64,000 nt of DNA from Gemmatimonadota bacterium (GTDB taxonomy: Bacteria > Gemmatimonadota > Gemmatimonadetes > Palauibacterales > Palauibacteraceae). The stretch spans positions 1 through 64,000 of the forward strand of contig JBDHAC010000012.1 of assembly GCA_039588275.1 (NCBI GenBank), written 5' to 3'. Below, in pieces: positions 58,302 through 64,000 of the stretch (within the stretch, counting starts at the first letter, position 1; each line of letters starts with the position of its first letter). The position numbers and the translations under genes were made by a program. The notes below the pieces were generated by a model. It ran no database searches and was not told the origin of the DNA. It saw only the letters and a program-made list of their open reading frames with translations.

Positions 58302-60152
58302 ATGAAGCGATGGAGCCCCGTCCTCATCGCTCTCTTCGTCTCTTGCGCCCCGCAGGGCCCCGAGAACCCGGCCGACCTGGTCCTCGTCAACGGCGACGTG
58401 TACACGCTGGATGAGAGTCGGCCGACCGCGGAGGCAGTCGCCATCCGAGGCGACCGGATCACCGCCGTGGGATCGGACGCCGAGGTGCGCGAGCTCATCG
58501 GCGATGAAACGCGCGTCATCGATCTCGGGGGTGCCTTCGTCTCTCCCGGCTTCAACGACTCGCACGTGCACGTGGAGAGCACGGGCGCGCTCCTGGTCGG
58601 GGTCAACCTGCTCGACGTCCACGAGCCGGCCGCGTTCACCGAGCGTATCGCCGGAGCGGCGGGGCGTCTCCCTGAAGGCAGCTGGATCACGCGCGGCGAC
58701 TGGGGGGCGTACGAGCAGTGGTCCGCCGGCTCCTCGGGGCGACAGGGCCTGATCGATCCAACGTCGTCATCAGAAGCTGAACCAGGTGCAGAAGGCGCGG
58801 AGCGGGCGGACGGTCCCTTCAAGCCGCACCGCGATCTGATCGACGCCGTGACGCCGAACCATCCGGTCCTCGTGAACCGCTTCGACCGAACCATGTTCCT
58901 GGCGAACGCCGTGGCGCTCGAGCTGGCCGGGATCACCGAACAGACGCCCGACCCGGCGGGCGGCACGATCGAGCGCGACGAGGCTGGCCGTCTGACCGGT
59001 ATCCTCACGGGCTCCGCGGTGGGCTTGGTTCGCGCCGCGATCACGCCGAAGTCGTTCGAGCAGCGTCTCGCGGAGGTGCGCGAGGTGCTCCGCGAAGCGA
59101 GAGAAGGCGGGGTCACCACCATCCAGGACATCACGTCCGCGGCCCAGCTCCACGCATACCAGGCGTTGAAGGAGAGCGGGGAGCTGACCGCACGGATGAT
59201 GATCCGTCCCTCGCTCGACAACGTCACCCACACGGGCGGGCTCGGGATCTCGCAGGGGTTCGGGGATGACTGGCTCAGGTTCATCGGCTACAAGGCCTGG
59301 GTGGACGGGATCATGGGGAGCAGCGGCGCCATGTTCTTCGAGGAATACGACCATGACCCCGGCAACTTCGGCCTGGTCCGCCAGATCATGCTGCCGGAGG
59401 GCGTCGAAGGCCTCGCGCTATCGCTGAACCGGGATCAGAGCTACACCGAGTTCCCACCCGGCAATCTCGAGCGGCTCATCGAAGCGTCGATCGAGACGGG
59501 ACTACCGCCGCATGTGCACGCCATCGGCGACAAGGGCGTTCGGATCCTCCTCGACGTCTACGAGAAGGTCCTCACGGCCCACGATATGATCGATTCGGAC
59601 CACCGGTGGAGGATGATTCACGCCCAGGTCGTCGACCCGGCCGACTTCGACAGGTTCGGGCAGCTGAACATCGTGGCCGAAGTCAACCCGTATCACATCT
59701 CGGACGACATGCGCTGGATGGAGGAGAGGATCGGTTCGGAGCGCTCAACGGGCGCGTATGCGTTCCGCGACCTGAAGGACGCGGGCGCGGTGCTGATCTT
59801 CGGGAGCGACAGCCCCGGCACCAACGCGGCCCGCTACTTCCTGAGCCCCGTCTACGGTCTGTACGCGGCGGTCAGCCGGCAGACGCTGACGGGTGAGCCC
59901 GCCGAAGGCTGGTTCCCGGACCAGCGGCTCACGATCGAGGAAGCCATCGAGGCCTACACCAAGAACGCGGCCTGGGCCTCGTTCGAAGAGGATATCAAGG
60001 GGACCCTTACGCCCGGCCTGCTCGCCGACGTCGCCGTGTTCGACACCGACCTCATCGAAGCGGGGCGATCGGAGCCGAAGGCTCTCCTGGACGCGAAGGT
60101 GCTGTACACGATCGTAGGCGGCCAGGTCGTGTACGAGGCGAGCGCTCCCTGA
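58302..60152 (+). CDS. Amidohydrolase (YtcJ-like, Amidohydro_3), probable lipoprotein
   Basis: PGFNDSHVH, KAWVDG, HAIGD, HAQ, GSD; GGAGG RBS. Confidence 0.92.
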   Translation: MKRWSPVLIALFVSCAPQGPENPADLVLVNGDVYTLDESRPTAEAVAIRGDRITAVGSDAEVRELIGDETRVIDLGGAFVSPGFNDSHVHVESTGALLVGVNLLDVHEPAAFTERIAGAAGRLPEGSWITRGDWGAYEQWSAGSSGRQGLIDPTSSSEAEPGAEGAERADGPFKPHRDLIDAVTPNHPVLVNRFDRTMFLANAVALELAGITEQTPDPAGGTIERDEAGRLTGILTGSAVGLVRAAITPKSFEQRLAEVREVLREAREGGVTTIQDITSAAQLHAYQALKESGELTARMMIRPSLDNVTHTGGLGISQGFGDDWLRFIGYKAWVDGIMGSSGAMFFEEYDHDPGNFGLVRQIMLPEGVEGLALSLNRDQSYTEFPPGNLERLIEASIETGLPPHVHAIGDKGVRILLDVYEKVLTAHDMIDSDHRWRMIHAQVVDPADFDRFGQLNIVAEVNPYHISDDMRWMEERIGSERSTGAYAFRDLKDAGAVLIFGSDSPGTNAARYFLSPVYGLYAAVSRQTLTGEPAEGWFPDQRLTIEEAIEAYTKNAAWASFEEDIKGTLTPGLLADVAVFDTDLIEAGRSEPKALLDAKVLYTIVGGQVVYEASAP

Positions 60153-60230
60153 GGCTAGTCGCGCCCAGGCGCAATCACGAGATCAGTTCGCCCCGGACGA
60201 ACCGACGGTCGCCTCACACCGTTACGCCGG

Positions 60231-61328
60231 CTAGAACCACACCGGTACCGCAGACGAGCTGCTCGGAGAAGTGTCGCTCCCCGTTCCGAATCCCCAACAG
60301 TACGCGACGCTCGCGTTGGTGAGGCCGCAGGTCAACAGATTCCCCGCGGAGACGTCCACGAACCGGACGGAGCGGGGAGTGCGGACCCGAGTCGGTAGCA
60401 GCTTGCGCGGGACTTCAGTCCCCTCGGACGGATCGCCGTCTCCGAGTTGCCCGGCGGAGTCGACGCCCCAGCAGTACACCCGATCGTCGTCCGCGACGCC
60501 GCACGTGTGTCGCGATCCGGCGGTGATGACGCTGAATCTCAGCTCGGTCACCACGGCCGTGGGGGACTCGGCCCGTACCATCGAGCCATCCCCGAGCTGC
60601 CCCTCTTCGTTCTCGCCCCAGCAGAACGCCTCGCCGACCCCCGTCAGAGCGCAGGCGTGGTCTTCGCCGACGCTGATGGAGACGAACGGCACGGAGCCCG
60701 CTACGGAAGTCGGCGCTGGCCCCCAGCCATCTCCCCAGCAGTAGACCGCACCGGCTTCGTCCAGCGCGCAGGTACTCAGGCCACCACCGTCCAATGCCGT
60801 GAACCGAAGTCCTCCGGTTACTGCCACCGGGACGGTGCTATCGAGGGCAACGAGCCCGCCGAGCTGGCCGTACGAGTTGTTGCCCCAGCAATGCGCTGTA
60901 CTATCCTCCGCCAGCGCACACGTGTGGGCCACGCCCAGGGTGATCGCCGTGAAGCGAAGCGAGGTCTCGACGAGCGTGGGCTCCGAGCGATTCTGCGATG
61001 ACCCATCCCCGAGACGTCCGCTCAAATTGCGCCCCCAACAGAGAGCGACCCCGGTCGTGGTGAGGCCGCACATGTGCCGCGAGACGTCGATCCGCTCGAA
61101 CGGATTCCCTCCGAGGACGCGGACCGGTGTCCCGCTGTCCCCGATCGTCCCGTCCCCGAGCGGCCCCTCGCCCCAGCAGTATGCGGCGTTCCCGGTGAGC
61201 AAAGCGCAGCTACGCTCGTCCCCCGCGTTCACAGCGAGAAAGGCCAACAGGGTCTGATTGCCCGGGCCGGGACTCCCGACGTCGAAGGGGCCCGTGGGGC
61301 CGCCGGTGCACCCGACAGCGAGGGACAA
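60231..61328 (-). CDS. RCC1-repeat beta-propeller lipoprotein
   Basis: Repeated HTC.L...G.AYCWG.N..GQLG units; AVGC lipobox; true start probably slightly upstream (no canonical start codon seen in frame). Confidence 0.88.
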   Translation of the reverse strand: MSLAVGCTGGPTGPFDVGSPGPGNQTLLAFLAVNAGDERSCALLTGNAAYCWGEGPLGDGTIGDSGTPVRVLGGNPFERIDVSRHMCGLTTTGVALCWGRNLSGRLGDGSSQNRSEPTLVETSLRFTAITLGVAHTCALAEDSTAHCWGNNSYGQLGGLVALDSTVPVAVTGGLRFTALDGGGLSTCALDEAGAVYCWGDGWGPAPTSVAGSVPFVSISVGEDHACALTGVGEAFCWGENEEGQLGDGSMVRAESPTAVVTELRFSVITAGSRHTCGVADDDRVYCWGVDSAGQLGDGDPSEGTEVPRKLLPTRVRTPRSVRFVDVSAGNLLTCGLTNASVAYCWGFGTGSDTSPSSSSAVPVWF

Positions 61329-61544
61329 GAGCGTGAGGGAGACGACTTCCCGCCGTCGACCAGCTCGATCGCGTGCAAACCGGATTTGGGACGAAGCGAT
61401 CGGCGATTCGACGATAAAGGCTTCTCCATCAACTGCGGGGTGCGATATCTACACTCGCACATGGGGCAGCCACGGTCCAGTCTGGCGGTAGAAGACCGCG
61501 ATCGATTCTATTCGGTTGAGCGCAGTCTCGTCAGGAGAGTCGCG

Positions 61545-62144
61545 ATGAGAATCAGTCGGTCGTCGATAGGATTCGGGCTGGTCCTTGGCGCGCTGGTCCA
61601 GCCTGCCGGCCTGAGCGCGGACAGCGACGGGTATTACTGCAGCGGGCCGGGCTATCTCGCCTTTCAGCTCCGCTCATGGAGCACCGCCGGGCCACATTTA
61701 CTCAAGGTCATCCGCTTCGGCGACGGCGAGATTCGCGAAGCAGGTCAGGTGGAGCTACCGGACTTCCAGCCGCACGCGATCCGGTGCGAGGCCGAGCGAG
61801 TCCGGATCGTGGGGTGGGCGCTTCACTACGTGGAATATTCGATCGATGTCTCAGGGGAGCCCCGAATCGTCGAGGCGATCGAGGACCACGACCTCGCCTT
61901 TTCTCCTGATCTGTTCACAGAAGAGATGACCAACCTGGGGGACTGGGCTGTCCCCGGCTCGACGACACTGTCAACCGAGGATTCGCACCACGAATACCGA
62001 CTCGTCATCACGAGGCATAGCAGCCCGGTGCCGGGCGGATTGGAGCACCACACCAGATCCGTTCTGGTCGCACAGGATGAGTCGGGGTCGGTGGTCAGCG
62101 AGCTGCTCGTATACGAGGGAACGTTCTTCGAGTCAGTTCATTAG
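61545..62144 (+). CDS. Secreted hypothetical protein
   Basis: AGGAGAG RBS, signal peptide, host-like codon usage. Confidence 0.7.
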   Translation: MRISRSSIGFGLVLGALVQPAGLSADSDGYYCSGPGYLAFQLRSWSTAGPHLLKVIRFGDGEIREAGQVELPDFQPHAIRCEAERVRIVGWALHYVEYSIDVSGEPRIVEAIEDHDLAFSPDLFTEEMTNLGDWAVPGSTTLSTEDSHHEYRLVITRHSSPVPGGLEHHTRSVLVAQDESGSVVSELLVYEGTFFESVH

Positions 62145-62592
62145 CGCGCACGGCGGCCGTGCACGGTGGAAGGCGGGCGGAGGGGCGGCGTACAGCAGGG
62201 GGTGTCGTCTCCGTCGTCCTGCGATCGGTCCTCCCCCATCCACCAAGAAGGCACCGTTCCCCTCACCACCCCTCCGTACCCTATAGATGCCACCAGTGGG
62301 AGAATCGTGACATAAGAGAAGGCCGCTCTCGGGAGGGCACGGGTGCGCGGGGAGGATCGGCCATGTCCTCCATCTCCCCACACCGGGCCGGGGGGATGAT
62401 TCCCCGACCGACAGCGCTGGCTTCAACAAGCTCCTGGATGGTCTCCAGGTGGAACCAGACGAAAAGCCGTGGTACATCTGAGGGTGAGCTTCGAGTGCCG
62501 TGCGCACTCGGTTCGCCGCTCCGGGTTCTTCGCCTCCGATCGGCGGAGAGCCTCTGCGAGACCATTCCGAGCCTTCTACGGAGGCGATCATC

Positions 62593-62754
62593 ATGGCAGC
62601 CATGTCCGCAGCTCTCGAGAGACATCACCGGCTCATCATCGGGAGCCTGACCTTGATCATCCTGTTCTTCGTCGCGGCCTGTACCTTCCACGACGTGATA
62701 CCGATCTGTCACTATCTGTTCGGGTGCGACCACGGTGTGCATGCGATGGTCTAA
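62593..62754 (+). CDS. Small membrane protein with His/Cys-rich tail (53 aa)
   Basis: GGAGG RBS; one TM, then CTFHDVIPICHYLFGCDHGVH. Confidence 0.6.
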   Translation: MAAMSAALERHHRLIIGSLTLIILFFVAACTFHDVIPICHYLFGCDHGVHAMV

Positions 62755-62755
62755 G

Positions 62756-62780
62756 AAAAAGGCGCTCCGAAGAGCGCCTT
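62756..62780 (-). terminator. Rho-independent terminator downstream of the tRNA-Lys 3' end
   Basis: AAGGCGCTC-CGAA-GAGCGCCTT stem with a T-run on the minus strand. Confidence 0.8.
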
Positions 62781-62783
62781 GAG

Positions 62784-62825
62784 TGCGCCGCCAGGGAATC
62801 GAACCCCGAACCTACGGATTAAGAG
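62784..62825 (-). repeat. att-site: 3' half of tRNA-Lys(CTT)
   Basis: Minus strand CTCTTAATCCGTAGGTTCGGGGTTCGATTCCCTGGCGGCGCA (anticodon loop to discriminator); 5' half absent. Confidence 0.85.
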
Positions 62826-63170
62826 GCGACCGGAAAGCCCGCCTGATTGTACTGGTTTCCCACACGCCACGGGAACATCTGTAGGATCTCGCGACAAGGC
62901 TCTCAAGGTTCATAGGGGGGATTCCCACACCTATTCTGGTACGTTTTCTGGAGCACCGCTCATTGCCCGGCCTGACGGCTCGCTTTCGCACCCGCGTGCC
63001 GTGTTGAGGCACACCAGAAACGGCCACACCCTCACGTGTAACGGACACGTAGTCCGTTGCACGCCACCCGTAACCATAGGTCAGCAAGCCACTTGCCACC
63101 TAGACCAAGGTGGCCTGTACCAGTTCCTGCGCCAGTCTCATGCCGTTTGTGCCTGCCCCGGAGATGGCGC

Positions 63171-63644
63171 GTGAGCAGCGCGCGGCGTCGGTGTGCTGGG
63201 ACCACCGCCAGTGAGAGGGCGTGTCGGAACCCTGTCGTCGGCCCCGATGGCTACTGCGACGCCCATCGGCCAGGCGGACGGGCAGAGATGTCTCGACGTG
63301 GTTCCAAGGGTGCCTTCGCGCGGGATCGAAGGATCTTCCACCTCGACCCGGCGGAGCTCGGGCCACTCGAGTCGCCGGCAGACGCGGCGCGCTGGCTTTC
63401 CCAAGTCGCACTCGCGGTCGCTACAGGCCGCCTGGGAGCTCAGGAAGCGAGCGTGATCCAGCGCTGCGTGACCACCTGGCTGAACTCGCGCGAGATGTGG
63501 GCCCCACCCGAGGAACTACCCGCGCTCCGCATCATCTTGAACGACGGAGAGAACGAATGGGATGCAGCGGAATGGGAGGAGAAGCGAGCTCGTGAGCGCA
63601 ACAAAACACATGAGGACCGTGGCCAGACCGAGAAAGACGATTAG
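63171..63644 (+). CDS. Phage-type hypothetical protein with N-terminal Cys/His finger (HGGxSTG-domain-like)
   Basis: GGAG RBS + GTG; CAGTTASERACRNPVVGPDGYCDAH motif. Confidence 0.6.
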   Translation: MSSARRRCAGTTASERACRNPVVGPDGYCDAHRPGGRAEMSRRGSKGAFARDRRIFHLDPAELGPLESPADAARWLSQVALAVATGRLGAQEASVIQRCVTTWLNSREMWAPPEELPALRIILNDGENEWDAAEWEEKRARERNKTHEDRGQTEKDD

Positions 63645-64000
63645 CGAGGAGCAGCTCGAGCAGATAGCTAAGCTGGCCGGTCTTCTAACCCAAGTCAGGT
63701 CGCGGACCTGCTCGGCATGAGCCCGACGACGTTCCGGCGACGGATGGATGAGAGTCCGGAGGTTCTTGCCGCCTATGAAAAGGGACGAGCCGCAGCCATA
63801 GCCATGGTGGCGGGCAAGCTGTTCAGGAAAGCGGTCGAAGGGGACACGACTGCCGCAATCTTCTTCCTCAAAACGCAGGGCGGCTGGAAGGACACCGCAC
63901 GTGTCGAGGTGGAAGCACGGGGCGGCGTGCTTAGGGTGCCTATGTCGATGACGAGCGAGGAATGGGAGAAGGCCGCGAGGGATCAGCAGAACCGACTCTC
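63610..64000 (+). pseudogene. Terminase small subunit-like HTH protein, frameshifted near 63693, runs off window
   Basis: ARPRKTISEEQLEQIAKLAGLLTQ / QVADLLGMSPTTF...AYEKGR...LFRKAVEGDTTAAIFFLKTQGGW pattern split across two frames. Confidence 0.7.

Larger units (their letters stand above)
62826..64000. mobile_element. Left end of a prophage / phage-satellite-like element integrated at tRNA-Lys(CTT)
   Basis: Follows the tRNA half-site; encodes phage packaging-type genes; continues beyond the window. Confidence 0.7.

Overview
High-GC bacterial chromosomal window. The gene content (ECF sigma/Ser-Thr kinase pairs, HEAT/HD-GYP pair, tricorn protease, integrase type) suggests Gemmatimonadota, but this is inference. 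The left half is accessory DNA stacked downstream of a minus-strand tRNA cluster (Leu-CAG, Leu-GAG, Arg-ACG). The 3' half of tRNA-Arg(ACG) is repeated at 28845 and 11962, delimiting tandem islands. The first is a 3.7 kb island with a PAS kinase, a NarL-type regulator and an unusual MshEN + histidine-less DHp protein. The second is a 16.8 kb island with a Wzx/Wzy exopolysaccharide cluster, 22-bp integrase arm-like repeats and several gene remnants. Further left lies a sigma54-type operon: basic and acidic micro-proteins, a PLP fold-II enzyme, a DUF1611/DgcN-like protein, a MurL/QueC-like PP-loop enzyme, an APC-USP permease and a TM-helix protein. It has a divergent enhancer-binding protein, and a second APC-USP permease lies beyond that. 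This operon is the best candidate for an undescribed system, possibly D-/N-acyl amino acid or peptide processing. The right half is mostly intact: glycosylation genes, tRNA-Arg(CCG), an ECF sigma + two Ser/Thr kinases bracketed by paralogous lipoproteins sharing a promoter motif, peptidases/hydrolases, HEAT + HD-GYP, an amidohydrolase and an RCC1 protein. The window ends in the left edge of a prophage-like element integrated at tRNA-Lys(CTT). All functional calls come from motif recognition by eye; no database searches were run.
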